Position numbers and translations under genes: made by a program
Part shown: piece by piece, positions 11,705 through 24,303 of the stretch
How positions within the stretch are numbered: position 1 is the stretch's first letter
Layout of the letters: the number at the start of each line of letters is the position of its first letter
Notes under the pieces: model-generated
Told to the model about the DNA's origin: nothing
The model's input: only the letters and a program-made list of their open reading frames with translations
Database searches by the model: none
Origin: Octopus bimaculoides
Taxonomy: Eukaryota
Assembly (NCBI RefSeq): GCF_001194135.2
Contig: NC_068986.1
Location: forward strand, 26,859,311-26,923,310
DNA: 64,000 nt
Reading direction: 5' to 3'

Positions 11705-12455
11705 GATATACATATATATATATACAAAGAGCATCTTTCAGTTTCTGTCTGCCAAATCTACTCACAAAACTTTGTTCAGTTGGGGCTGTAATAGAAGATA
11801 CTTGATTAAGATGCCATGTTGTGAGATTGAACTGGAGACTACATAGTTGAGAAGTAAACTTCTTTAAAACATGGCCATGTCGGCATCTATTCTTAGTTGA
11901 TATTAATATTACTATTATTTGAATTATATTCCTATTTGCTTTGAGACCAAATTTTACTAGTGTCAACTTTTGTCTTTCATCATTCTGGTTTTGATAAAAA
12001 TAAGTAGTGAGGTTGATTTAATTAACTGTACTTTGTCCTCCCAAATATTTGTGTCTGGAGCTGGAAATTAAAAAAAAAAAAGACTTGTTTATTAGTTAGA
12101 TGAGGAAGGGCAGCAGCTGTGATATTTTAAAGGGCCTTTGGAATTTGTAGGGAGTGGGTGGGTGGAGGAAAGAGAGGAAGAAACTATGCTTGTATGATGG
12201 AAATCCTTGTTTACAACCATCATGCTATGTCAAGACAAGGACACACACACACACATACGCATGCACACACACGCATGTGCACACACACACACAGACACAC
12301 GGGATTCTTTCAGTTTCCATCTATTAAATTCACTTACAAGGCTTTGGTCAGGCCTGAAACTGTAGGAGAAAACATATTCTCAAGGTTCTATGCAGTGGGA
12401 CTGAACCTGGAACTATATGGCTGTGAATCAAGTTTCTTACCACACAGCCACACTC
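11705..12455 (-). mobile_element. Two SINE family A 5' fragments (about 11705-11885 and 12295-12455)
   Basis: Each has tctttcagtttc..caaat..cacaa..gctttg and gggactgaacc, the reverse complement of the family A head. Confidence 0.7.
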
Positions 12456-13279
12456 TGAGAAAAAGCGAACGAATGAAAGTAAGAATGAGAGAATGGAAGA
12501 ATGAACAAGAGAAAAGAAGAAATCAAGAGAAAAGGGAAGGAAGAGTAAATGGATAAAAGGAAGAATTTTTCTGTATGACTTTGAAAGTTTTTGAAATGAT
12601 CAAAACTTTCATTATTGCTTTCCAACAGTGTACAGCATTGATGTTTTCTGGTAATATATGTATTACAGAAATTGTGGACTGAAAAACATTCTCCACAAAT
12701 ACAGTCTTGTAGTCACAAACTTTGAGATAAAATCATTGCTTAAGAAAGTGTGAAAAGGACTAATAAAAACACCATATATACTGTGCTATAACTACTGTCA
12801 GTGGGTATGTACAATTTGTTTGGTGAATTAAATTATTTTATTTGATTCAACAATAATTAAATAAAATAATTATTTAATTAAGACGAAGAAGCTGTAATTT
12901 ACTTACCAGAATAGTGCAATCAAGTAGATGTGTAGTTGTGTATGTATGTGTGTGTGTGTTCATGTTTGTAGATACAATATCTCTGTCTGTCTATCTGTAA
13001 GATAAATTATGTAAAAATGTCTGGTTGCTCAGACACTAGAATCTTATTCTTTTGCTCTTGTCGGTACAATCTAGATAGATAGTCGAGTCTAGACAACTGG
13101 TTAACTAACACCCATCTCTCTGCTTTGCCACAACACTATGTATTCTAAGTATGAATGCCTTCAAGAACTTGTAAGAGAACCTCTATGCTAGGGATCGACC
13201 ATTCTTTTGTAATAACCCACCTGTGGATGTTTTTCTTTTCTTTTTTAACATTTCCCCCCATACCCCATATCTGTATTAC

Positions 13280-13830
13280 AAGCATGGCTGTATGGTTAAG
13301 AAGATTGCTTTGCAACTACATGTTTCTGGGTTCAGTCCCACACTGTGGGACTATGGGCAAATGTTTTTTTTTTTTATAACTATATCCCCACGCCTACCAA
13401 TACCATGTGAGTGAATTTAGTAGCTGGAAACTGTGGAAGCCTGTTGTGTGTGGTTGTATTTGTTCCCCCTTGCTGTCTGATAACTAGTGTTGGTTTGTTT
13501 ATGTCCTTGTAACTTAGCAGTTTAGCAGTCATGAGGTAGTTCAATTCCTGGACAGGGCTGTGTGTTGTGCTCTTGAGCAAGTCACTTTATTTTCATGTTG
13601 CTCCAGTTCACTCAGCTGTGAAAATGAGTTGTGATGTCACTGGTGCCAAGCTGCATCAGCCTTTGTCTTTCTCTTGGATAACACCAGTGGTGTAGAGAGG
13701 GAAGGCTGAAATGCATGGGCAACTGCTGTTTTCCATAAACAACCTTTCCTGGACTTGTGCCTCGCATGAGAACTTCTTAGGTGCATTCCTATGGTCATTC
13801 ATGACCAAAGTGGGTCTTCACACTTTACCT
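13280..13830 (+). mobile_element. SINE family A followed by SINE family C (CORE-like cttgagcaagtcactt..ctcagctg)
   Basis: tRNA-like head tggctgtatgg / ggttcagtcc, then the family C body gtcactggtgccaagctg..ccataaacaacc, also seen at about 21835. Confidence 0.7.
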
Positions 13831-13844
13831 TTTATTTATCATCA

Positions 13845-14045
13845 TCATCATCGTTTAACGTCCGCTTTCCATGCTAGCATGGGTTGGACGATTTGACTGA
13901 GGACTGGTGAAACCGGATGGCAACACCAGGCTCCAGTCTGATTTGGCAGAGTTTCTACAGCTGGATGCCCTTCCTAACGCCAACCACTCAGAGAGTGTAG
14001 TGGGTGCTTTTACGTGTCACCCGCACGAAAACGGCCACGCTTTCG
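13845..14045 (-). mobile_element. Young RTE 3'-end copy
   Basis: catcatcatcgtttaacgtccgctttccatgctagcatggg..ctggatgcccttcctaacgccaaccactcagagagtgtagtggg, with CpGs retained. Confidence 0.85.
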
Positions 14046-15644
14046 TGTATTTATATATATATATATACACACTTTCTTAAGCAATGATTTTATCTCAAAG
14101 TTTGTGACTACAAGACTGTATTTGTGGAGAATGTTTTTCAGTCCACAATTTCTGTAATACATATATTACCAGAAAACATCAATGCTGTACACTGTTGGAA
14201 AGCAATAATNNNNNNNNNNCAATTTCTGTAATACATATATTACCAGAAAACATCAATGCTGTACACTGTTGGAAAGCAATAATGAAAGTTTTGTTATTTA
14301 CACCACCTGTCCTCGTCTGTTGTTATTTTTTGTATATTCTCCCATATATATACACATACATACATGAATAAACCATAACCTCCCCAAAAATTGTGCATGT
14401 GTTTTGAGTATTAAAAAACATGGTAGTGCTGCATCATGACAATAATTCTAATTGCTAAAATTGTTAAGGGAATCAGGAATAATGACCGACATTTGGTAAC
14501 ACTTGCCAGTTGCCAAGTCAGCAAAAAACGTAGAATTGTTTTGTTCAAAGACTATAAAATGCCACTTTTAGAGGTTTTAGCCATTGGACTGTGATCATGT
14601 AAGGGCTTTTCTTTCAGTGTTCTAGTTGATCATAACAGACCCCCCCCCCTTTTTTTTATCAATGTCTACTTACCAAATTACTAAGTTATGTATTTGAAAT
14701 AAAGTTTCAAACTTATTGGATTATTCAGATAAATGTAAATATGGAAAAATACATACACACACACACATGCAAACGATGTACTTCTACTCTGTATCCATCT
14801 ATTAAATTCCTCTTTGAAGGTATTGGCCAATGCAAGGCTACAGTTGAAAATTCTTGCTCGAGGTATCACACAATGTATTCAAACTGGAACCCCTGTGGTT
14901 GTGAAGCAACTGCCTTATCCAAACAGCCGTACCTGTGAGGATGTTTGCCTATTGCAGCTAATATTTCTTGAATGTTTTGATAACTATTGCCAATAGCTAG
15001 GTAGCTAGGTGAACAAAGAGATGTAGACATGAGAGTTCTGTCCAGAGATTCTATAAAATGCCTGCGGTAGATTTCAACTATAGATCTTAGCTGATGATAC
15101 TCTAATACTTTATCTACTTAACTCGATCACTTTCAGTATTGAATTGGAATTCTCTTACATAAGAACTGATGATAAATAGATGCAGATAACTTTTTTTTTT
15201 TATATTTGTTTGTGTGTCTGTGGAAATATATCTGATAACACAGTTCTTCGGCTTTATTCTTAGTTTCATTACAATTTTCCTGTAACCACTTCCATTTATC
15301 TGAAAGAACATTAAACTATATAGTTAAAAGGTTAAAATATAAACTCAAGTGGCTTGGGAAATGTTTAAAAGCACTGTATGTTTTTCAGGTTTAAATTGAA
15401 AACCTCTCTGTCAATGTATTGTTAGAATCTCCCTTAGTGAATGCCGGTACTGAGATAATTTCTTGGCTAATCGAGTCCACCAGTCTAGTTTATAAATTTC
15501 TCAGCTGAATTTGTTTTCAATTACTGTATTTGATGGCATATAAGACACACTATTTTTCCCCACAAAAAAATATGCCTTAAAACATCCTATATGCGAAGTT
15601 GATCCTGTATGTAAAGGTTGTCCCAATATTTATATGCCGCCATA

Positions 15645-15860
15645 AGGTGGTGAACTGGCAGAATTGTTAGCACATTGGGCAAAATATTTGGCACTATATC
15701 ATCTGGTTTTACATCATGAGTTCAAATTTCACCTAGGTTGACTTTGGATTTCATGCTTTTGGGGGTCAATAAAATAAGTACCAGTTGAGTACTGGGGTTG
15801 ATTTGACTTACCCCCTCCCTAAATTTGCTAGCCTTGTGCCAAAATTTGAAACCACTATTA
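15645..15860 (+). mobile_element. SINE family B
   Basis: ctggcagaa..gagttcaaattt..gttgactttg..tttcat..ggggtcaataaaataagtaccag. Copies at about 5455, 23170(-), 42430(-), 44663(-), 45100, 45693, 49440-49740, 52030 and 54140. Confidence 0.75.
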
Positions 15861-17292
15861 TATGCTTTAATGCATGATAATTTTTTTTCCCCTGAATATT
15901 CACTGAAATGTCTTTAAAAAAAGATGAAAATTATAATTCATCATTAGAATAATAATAATAATAATAATAATCATCATCATCATCCCTATCATCATCATCA
16001 TTGTCATCCCTATCAAGTAACTACTTGAAGTTACTTAATAGTGATGCATTATTTAAGAAATACTTAAAGCATTATTTCACAAATACAGTTAATTAATTTC
16101 TAATTGGAGTAAAAAAAAAAGAAGAAGAAAAAAGAGTAATTTTATTAACAAGATGTATTATGGATATTATATTGTAAGCTATAAATCATTTTCATTAGCA
16201 TTGCTGATCTCCAAATTTGTGAAGCAGACTTAAACATTATTTTTGCATTCATGTTTCTCTTTATTTATTCCTTCATTTATTAGTATTTTTTCTTCTCTGC
16301 GTCTCATGAAACTGGGTTAATGTTCCTAGACATTAGCCAGATTTTTGGTACTCAACAAACTGAGGAGATCTGAAGATATTTGTGTAATGTAATTTGTAAG
16401 GCCACTTGAAAACTAGAAAACACTACAAGTATTCTAAGTGGTGGAAATGACTTATTATTGTTCTCAAAGACTTAGCGGTTGTAGCTGGTTTTTCGTTAAT
16501 CATTTATTTAATTTGTGTTGCTGGCATCTCAGAAATTTAAGCAGCAAAAATTAAAAATTACAAATATTCTCTTCTAATTACAAATATTATTTATTTTTTT
16601 TTGTCCTTTTATAAAAGGAATTTGTTTTGGAATTTTAATTTTGTTTAATTTTGCATTCATTCAATCAATTTATTTATTTCTCACCACTTACTGCAGACTT
16701 TGTTTATAGGACATTGTTTTTGAATATCATTATCAATTTACTTTTAGAAAATACTTTTTTTTTTTTTTGTACGAGTGCTTACAAACGTTCATGTATTTCT
16801 TTTCACCACAAAACATGGCTTTTAAATCTCTCCACTCAACCACTACAGTATTCTTTTAACCTATCTTAACATCAACTTCAGTACAATAAAAACCCCCACT
16901 AATAACACAAAATAAAATCTTTACTTCACAAGATTAAAACTAACAGTTCTACCCTACAAATCATAACGCACCACACTATGTACATAGAAACAACACCAAA
17001 GAACAACCACTTCATATCATACATCACTTCTTAATGATGTTACCCACTCCACATATATACAATAATGCTTCTTGTCTTTCACCTATTCTCCCCTCACCTC
17101 TTCCTTCATCCCACTACTATTGTTGTCATAATTTTAGTGTCTTTGTTTTCATTCTATGCTAATGTTTTCAATTGGTCTGCTGCACAGAACATTGTCAACG
17201 GTTTTGGTCTTTCATCGTCTCCTCTGTGAAGACCATTATGCTAAGATCTGATTTTACTACTACTTGTAATTTCCAGTCTTCATCATCTATGG

Positions 17293-17544
17293 CAGTGGAT
17301 TTCAACCACATTTTGTCCTTGAACCCTTTTGATTTCTATTTTACTCAGGTGGATCCCAATAGCCATTCAATATTTAAAAAATATTTTAGGAGTGGCTGTG
17401 TGGAAAGTAGCTTGCTTACCAACCACATGGTTCCGGGTTCAGTCCCACTGTGTGGCACCTTGAGCAAGTCTCTTCTACTATAGCCTCGGGCCGACCAAAG
17501 CCTTGTGAGTGGATTTGGTAGACGGAAACTGAAAGAAGCCCGTC

Positions 17545-17592
<48 letters not shown>

Positions 17593-17950
17593 ATGTGCGT
17601 GTTTGTGTGTCTGTGTTTGTCCCCCCCAACATCGCTTGACAACCGATGCTGGTGTGTTTATGTCCCCGTAACTTAGCGGTTCGGCAAAAAGTGACCGATA
17701 GAATAAGTACTAGGCTTCCAAAGAATAAGTCCTGGGGTCGATTTGCTTGACTAAAAGCGGTGCTCCAGCATGGCCGCAGTCAAATGACTGAAACAAGTAA
17801 AAGAGTAAAAGAGAATCAGAATTGTATAAAAAAATTGTTACAATATTTTGTGCATTGTGGAAGTGTAATCAATTTAATACACATAATTTTTGACAACAAG
17901 ATCTTATATGGATCCTCAAAGGTCATGTGGACCCTGGTTGAGAACCACTG
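17293..17950. mobile_element. hAT-type non-autonomous element (MITE) with nested SINE
   Basis: TIRs cagtggatttcaacc / ggttgagaaccactg. 8-bp TSD atctatgg (17285-17292) and atctatga (17951-17958). Confidence 0.8.
17388..17813 (+). mobile_element. Full-length tRNA-derived SINE family A (octopus OR/Twinkle-like; name uncertain)
   Basis: Pol III A-box-like tggctgtgtgg (17393), B-box-like ggttcagtccc (17436), internal (AT)/(GT) microsatellite, and tail gtcaaatgactgaaacaagtaaaagag. Confidence 0.85.
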
Positions 17951-18545
17951 ATCTATGATTAGCCTCTACTAACAATGTATATTACTTTTTCATCTAACAC
18001 TCATCATCCATTAGCATCATGAGGTCTGTGCTAATAAGCTTCTTATAACAAAATGATACACCATAATTGATTCCTATTGATTCAGTGATGTTCTTGGGAA
18101 TTAATCTTTTAAGTAAACATGTTTTGTTTCTATCCTTTAAACATTGTTAATTTGCTATTTTCGTCTAAGATTTTCCAGGCACAAGCATAACTGTGTGTAG
18201 TTGAGATGTTTGCTTCCCAGCCAAATGGGCAACAGTTTTGACAACTATGGCCCTGGGCAGGCTAAAGCTTTGTTAGTGGATTTGGTAGATGGATGGTTGT
18301 CATATATATATATATTGGAGCAGAATAAAACAGTAAATTTGTGAAACTTTTTATTATGCTTATGTGCATGTGTGCACTTGGCTCTTCACATTCCTCAGGC
18401 CATTGGTTCTATGAAAAGGTAGATGAGATGACCACCATCATTCTTCAGTGAAATCACAGCGAATGGTGGCTAGGATTCCTTCTATCACAGATTGGTCTAT
18501 CCTATTTTATTTTAGTGATGGGGAGAAAATCTCCTTGTTTATATA

Positions 18546-18632
<87 letters not shown>

Positions 18633-18844
18633 AGGCTTGTCCAAAAGTCAACTGACAGTAAATCAAAACCATTTAATTCCAAGAATTATTTATGTTTACC
18701 AACTGAATGAATTTAATAAAAGCATCTAAATATGAAACCTCATAAAAATTTATAAATATCACAAGTTGTCAAGACAGGGAAACATAAACACACACACTCA
18801 CACATACATATGTATGCACGCGCACACACACACACACACACACA

Positions 18845-19160
18845 CGTCTTTCAGTTTCTGTCTACCAAATTCACTTCCAAGGCTCTTGTTGGCCTCGGGC
18901 TATAGTAGAAGACACATTGCTCTAGATATCACGCAGTGGGACTGAACCTGAAACCATGTGGTCAAGAAACAAACGTCTTCACCATACCGCTATGACTGTG
19001 CCTATATGACCAAACCTGGGTTGAATACAGTTTCTGTCTACCAAATTCGTTCATAAGACATTGGTTGGCCCAAGATATTTTGCTCAAGGTACTGCTCAAT
19101 AAGGCTGAATTCAAAACCTCATAGTTATGAAATAAACTTCTTTACCACAAATCTATACTT
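18845..19160 (-). mobile_element. Two SINE family A heads, inverted relative to 17388
   Basis: gtctttcagtttctgtctaccaaattcac..gggactgaacctgaaaccatgtgg, with a second partial copy from about 19025. Confidence 0.75.
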
Positions 19161-19962
19161 TTGTAGGTCATAATAAAAACAAGCTATCAAGAAGGTTGGA
19201 GAGGGTTTTAGTCTAGCTTAATATTTTATTACAGTGACCCAAGGGTTCTCATATTTTTAGCAGTATATAATGAAACTTGAACCTCTGAAACACTATAATG
19301 TAACGAGTGTGCTTTTTAATTAAAATAACGTAAATGTAGTTTTAAGTGAGACGTGATTATTACTAGCTACTCGACATTTAATACTAGTTTGGAAAGAAAG
19401 ATTTGGGTGGCAATTTTCTGAAGTGCCATTATCTGGTATGAGATCATCGTGAGAATAGAAATAGACCAAGAAGGTGTGATGTAGATAAAATAGAATGATT
19501 TCCTCAAGAATTCTCTTTGAGAACTGAATGAGGCAAGACCTATATTTAGGTTTAAAAGTGTAATTTCGGGAAATGGCTATAAATACTCATGAGAAATACT
19601 TGAGACAACCAAATACAGAATTGTTGAATGAATTAATTTGGAGATGACTACTTAATGGCAAATATTGTGTGGCTGCTTTTTTTTTTTTTTTATAATCTTT
19701 ATTTTACTCCCCCCCTCCTTTTTTTTAATGGTCATTTTATATATTGCAGCATCAACTTACTATTTCTATCTTTTGTAGTTTTTGTATCAGTGAAAGATTC
19801 TGTTTTTTTTCTTTTNNNNNNNNNNNNNNNNNNNNNNNNNNNNNNNNNNNNNNNNNNNNNNNNNNNNNNNNNNNNNNNNNNNNNNNNNNNNNNNNNNNNN
19901 NNNNNNNNNNNTTTTTTTTTTTTTTTTTTTGGTGATGATTTCTATCTTCTCAATTGTTATAG

Positions 19963-20041
19963 AGTTCACAGTCTTTATGGTGCCGGCTGTCAGTGTTGCT
20001 GAATTTCCTGCCACTTGAAACCGATTTGCCTGTTGACAGAG
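19963..20041 (+). CDS. SMG5: SMG5 conserved exon (SSQSLWCRLSVLLNFLPLETDLPVDR-E)
   Basis: Acceptor caattgttatag, donor G|gtaagc, phase 0-1. Near-identical to SMG5 SSQSLWNRLSVLLNLLP. It is too short for the ORF track. Confidence 0.95.
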
Positions 20042-20094
20042 GTAAGCTAATATTTTTGTTGGACAGATTCCTGTAATTGAAGAACAACAGGGTG

Positions 20095-20135
<41 letters not shown>

Positions 20136-20675
20136 TGAGAGGGTGGGAGGACAGAAGTGGTCGGAGGGGGGGGTGCATTTGAAGCCTCCATCAGAATTTA
20201 CCAAAGATTTAGTTATCTTCTGTTTCAATGCTTTAGTCCCCAAGTGTCATGTAAGTTTGACTGTTCTACTTGAAACCTCTTTTAAGAGTCTGGTTTAATT
20301 TATATTTTTATCTTGTATGATATTTTTATGTTGGAAGATATAACTAATACAACAATGATCAACAGCTGCTAATCAACTTATCCTGGTGTAGAAAATAGAT
20401 ATAAAACTGGTGAAGTATGTGGTCTTTGGTGATGGCAATGTTTTATTGCTTACCTTTTAATTGTCTGATCATCTTCTTTCTGACCTTTGCTAGGAAGAAA
20501 GGACTGAAATATAAGTGGTAATGAATCTATTGCTAAAATATATCTTTAGATGATCCTCCTCAGTTCTTCAACAATAAAAATAATTTCTAAAATTTTACAA
20601 GAACCCTATAATGTCAGTAATGCTTATGAAGAATATCAGCTATATATATATATATATATATATCTATAATATACA

Positions 20676-21565
20676 CAGTGTGTCCCAAAAGTCACTGATG
20701 GGTTTTAATTTTTAGTAACTTCCTTAACTTTACAAATAAATGCATGAAATTTTCATACAATATAAAGGACATAATGGAAATTAATATGCACTTGTCAAAT
20801 TTTGCAACACCACTACATCACATATGAAAAATGATATCGCTTAAATGGCAGCCATTTTCTGCTTCACATGCCAGTGCTCTTTCCAAAACTTGCACCATAA
20901 CACCCTCAAGAGTTTCAGACCCCACTTCTCTGATATCTCTATTGATGTTCTCCTTCAGTTGTACCAGGGTCTCTGGTTTGTTGATGTAAACCCTCTCTTT
21001 CAGGTTTCCCCACAAGAAAAAAAAATCTAGGTTAGTCAAGTCTGGGGAATGTGAAGGCCAGTTAACCTTGGCATAGTGGGAGATTATTCTCTCTCCAAAG
21101 CACTGCCGTAGCAACTGCATTGTTTCTCATGTGGTATGAGCAGTTGCTCCATTTTGCTGGAACCATGTGTGAGGTCTACTTTGAATGGCCTTCACATTCT
21201 CCAGACTTGACTAGCCTGGATTTTTTCTTGTAGGGATACCTGAAAGAGAGGATTTATGTCGACAAACCGGAGACCCTGATGCAACTGAAGGAAAACATCC
21301 AAAGAGAAATCAGAAAAGTGGGGTCTGAAATTCTTGAGTGTGCTATGATGCAAGTTTTGGAAAGAACACAGGCATGTATAGCCGAAAATGGCTGCCATTT
21401 AAGCGGTCATTTTTCATATGTGATGCAGTGGTGTTGCAAAATTTGACTTGTGTATATTAATTTCCATTACGTCCTTTATATCGTATGAAAATTTCATGCA
21501 TTTATTTGTAAAGTTAAGGAAGTTATTAAAAATTGAAACCCATCAGTGACTTTTGGAACACACTG
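20676..21565. mobile_element. Fold-back element made of two inverted 3' halves of a Tc1/mariner (DD41D-type) transposon
   Basis: TIR cagtgtgt(c/t)ccaaaagtcactgatggg at both ends, with TA on the right flank. Both arms encode WPSHSPDLTxLDFF..LKERxY..KPETL. On the left arm 41 residues separate the QQ[N]G position from the last D. Confidence 0.9.
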
Positions 21566-21834
21566 TATAAAAGACAGTATAACTGGAAACACAACCATTG
21601 ATTTACAATATACAAAGTGGGTTCCTAGGTTTGGCTTTGGGTAAAAGAAAATACAGGAGGATCAGTTAATTTTATTTAACTTTTCAGTCCCCCTTCCTCT
21701 GTAGAATGGCGATGAACTATAACATCAGACCCTGCCACCGGAATATGTGGAGTCTTTTACTAATCTAGACAATATTTTTAGTCTGCTGTATTAAGAGAGA
21801 GCTTATAAAGTATTTTGCCTGGGTTGATAAACCC

Positions 21835-22047
21835 TTTCAGCTGTAGAAATGAGTTGCGACGTCACTGGTGCCAAGCTGTATCGGCCTTTGCCTTTCCCTT
21901 GGATAACATCGGTGGCATGGAGAGGGGAGGCTGGTATGCATGGGTGACTGCTGGTCTTCCATAAACAACCTTGCTCAGAATTGTGCCTTGGAGGGTAACT
22001 TTCTAGGTGCTGTTCCATGGTCATTTGTAACTGAAGGAGGTCCCTTT
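21835..22047 (+). mobile_element. SINE family C body
   Basis: cagctgtagaaatgagttgcgacgtcactggtgccaagctg..ccatggtcatt. Relatives at about 5850, 13545, 25455, 35600(-), 52740(-), 56010 and 58150. Confidence 0.75.
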
Positions 22048-22065
22048 ATATATATCACCAGCATT

Positions 22066-22260
22066 GTTTAACGTCTGCTTTCCATGCTAGCATGGGTTGG
22101 ACAATTTGACTGAGGACTGGCGAACCAGATGTCTGCACCAGGCTTCAATCTGATCTGGCAGAGTTTCTACAGCTGGATGCCCTTCCTAATGCCAACTACT
22201 CCGGGAGTGTAGTGGGTGCTTTTACGTGCCACTGGCATGAGGGCCAGTCAGGCGGTACTG
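22066..22260 (-). mobile_element. RTE 3'-end copy
   Basis: gtttaacgtctgctttccatgctagcatggg..gggccagtcaggcggtact. Confidence 0.85.
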
Positions 22261-22289
22261 AAATGACTGAAACAAATAAAAGAATAATA

Positions 22290-22722
22290 CGATAATGAAC
22301 TTGTTGTATCCAGTGCTCAGGTACATTACAACTCACCAGAAAAAGTAACCAAAACTGCATGAACAATAGATAGAATGTGCACAAGCAGTGAATAGTGAAA
22401 AAGTCTAAAAAAAAAAATGGGGTGGGAAGAAGAAGAAATGGGTGTAGAAAGGTGTAGTGTTGGCGAATTTCAGGAAGCATGGAAGTGCTGAAGGATGTAG
22501 TGTCTCGACAGCTAACACCTGATGCAGGTAGTTTATTCCATGCTTCAACAATTCTGAGCATGACAAAATGTTTCTGAAAGTTATGGGGGCTGTGTTGTTT
22601 TTTGATTTTGTAACCATATCCATGAGTGTTAGACATATGAAATTCAAAAAGGCGCTCAAAGTTGTTGTTGGAAAGATAGTAGATAATCTTGCAGGTGTCT
22701 ACCAAGCTTCGTAGAGATCGTT
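22290..22722 (-). mobile_element. CR1-clade LINE 3' fragment
   Basis: Minus strand reads LVDTCKII..RLFEFHMSNTHGYGYKIKKQHS..KHFVMLRIVEAWNKLPASGVSC..SF, the typical CR1/L2 ORF2 C-terminal pattern TRGH..K..R..F..RVV..WN.LP. Confidence 0.8.
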
Positions 22723-23005
22723 GCCAGTGCCCCTGGATTGGCTCTTGTGCGGGTAGCACATAAAATACACCATTTTGAGCGTGGCCGTTGCCTGTACCGC
22801 CTGACTGGGCTTCGTGCGGGTGACACATAAAAGCACCCACTACACTCTCTGAGTGGTTGGCGTTAGGAAGGGCATCCAGCTGTAGAAACTCTGCCAAATC
22901 AGATTGGAGCCTGGTGTAGCCATCTGGTTTCACCAGTCCTCAGTCAAATCGTCCAACCCATGCTAGCATGGAAGGTGGACGTTAAACGACGATGATGATG
23001 ATGAT
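22723..23005 (+). mobile_element. Young RTE 3'-end copy with (GAT)n tail
   Basis: gtgcgggtgacacataaaagcacccactacactctctgagtggttggcgttaggaagggcatccag..gacgttaaacgacgatgatgatg. Confidence 0.88.
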
Positions 23006-23783
23006 GTCCAGGTAAGCAAGATATTCATCATCATCATCATCATACCTCTTTTTTTTTCCATGCTGGCATGGGTTAGACAGTCTGACAACAATAGATGAGC
23101 CAGAAAGCTGTGCCAGGTTCTGTGTCTACTTTGGTATGGCTCCCCTTTCTCAAAATAATTATAGTAACTACTGTTCCTAACATAGGCTAAAGGCCTTAAT
23201 TTCAGGAAAAAGATATAATCAAATATAGTAACCTCAGTACATTACTGGTACTTTATTTTATTGACCCTTGCCCCCTTCCATGAAAGAATGTAAAGAAAAG
23301 TTGACGTCAGTAGGATTTGAACTCATGAAATATCGACTCAGAACAAAACATACTGCAAGGCAATTTTTCTGACATTCTTACGATCCCATAGTAACGCAGT
23401 GTTAAATTGATAGAATGTTGTATGACTAGCTTCAATTGTTCCCTTCCTTTGTTGTGATTCTCAACTGATAGACTTAATTCAAGTGTAATATACACCCCTC
23501 CTCCATTTTTTCTATTTTCTTTATTTTTCTTTTATTGTTATGAATTATAATATATCTTTTCAACTATGAAACTATTCTTACAATTGAACTGCATGGTGCA
23601 CCAGTGAACATAATTTGCGTGTTTTGTTAAAACATTTTATTTACCGATCTAAATAATATTCATTCTTAATAAAATTGCTCTTTGGCTTTCAAATGTATTG
23701 TATAATAGATAATTAACAAGATGTTCATTCCTTCAACTAAAATGTTGTTGGAAGAAGTTATTTCTTTTAGTGTATGTTTTATA

Positions 23784-23814
<31 letters not shown>

Positions 23815-23877
23815 TACATACATATATGTTGAACACCGATATCTATAAATATATTGATATGTATCTATGTATATATA

Positions 23878-23928
<51 letters not shown>

Positions 23929-24303
23929 ATGTTTATATGGATGTTTATATATATAGATGTTATATAATACATAACTATACATGTATGTTTGTGTCTATCA
24001 ACTCCATGTAGAATATTGTTGTATCTATCTAAAAAGACAAAACAAAACAAAAGGAAATCTATCCTGATTTTAAAAGTCAATTTAAAGTCCTTGATTCTTT
24101 TGTTAGTGTACCCTTTCTGTCACAGTTGCAGTGTCAACATGACCCCGAGGGGTTACATTACTTGTCTACAGTGTCAACAAATGTATAACCAAGCATTCAT
24201 TGCCTTTTACTGTTTCATTACCATGCTCAGAATTTGTTTGGTATTGCCGCTAATTCGATCAGCTTTTATTCACGATTCCATTCCATTCTTAATTGTTACC
24301 ACA

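Larger units (their letters stand above)
12601..14293. repeat. Exact 152-bp inverted repeat (12601-12752 versus 14068-14209 plus 14284-14293)
   Basis: Base-by-base reverse-complement identity. The right arm is interrupted by a 10-N gap with a 64-bp contig overlap. Confidence 0.9.

Noticed and set aside
14146-14283. 64-bp tandem duplication
   Set aside because: An exact overlap on both sides of a 10-N gap; a contig-join artefact.
16860-17130. A/C-skewed stretch as a possible NUMT or Penelope relic
   Set aside because: No recognisable mitochondrial or GIY-YIG peptide and no tRNA fold in the frames I tried.
17388-17460. tRNA gene
   Set aside because: It has A- and B-box-like motifs only, no cloverleaf, and continues into a SINE body present in many copies.
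22196-22933. 245-aa minus-strand ORF as a host gene
   Set aside because: A chimera of antisense RTE 3' UTR, CR1 ORF2 tail and flanking repeat.
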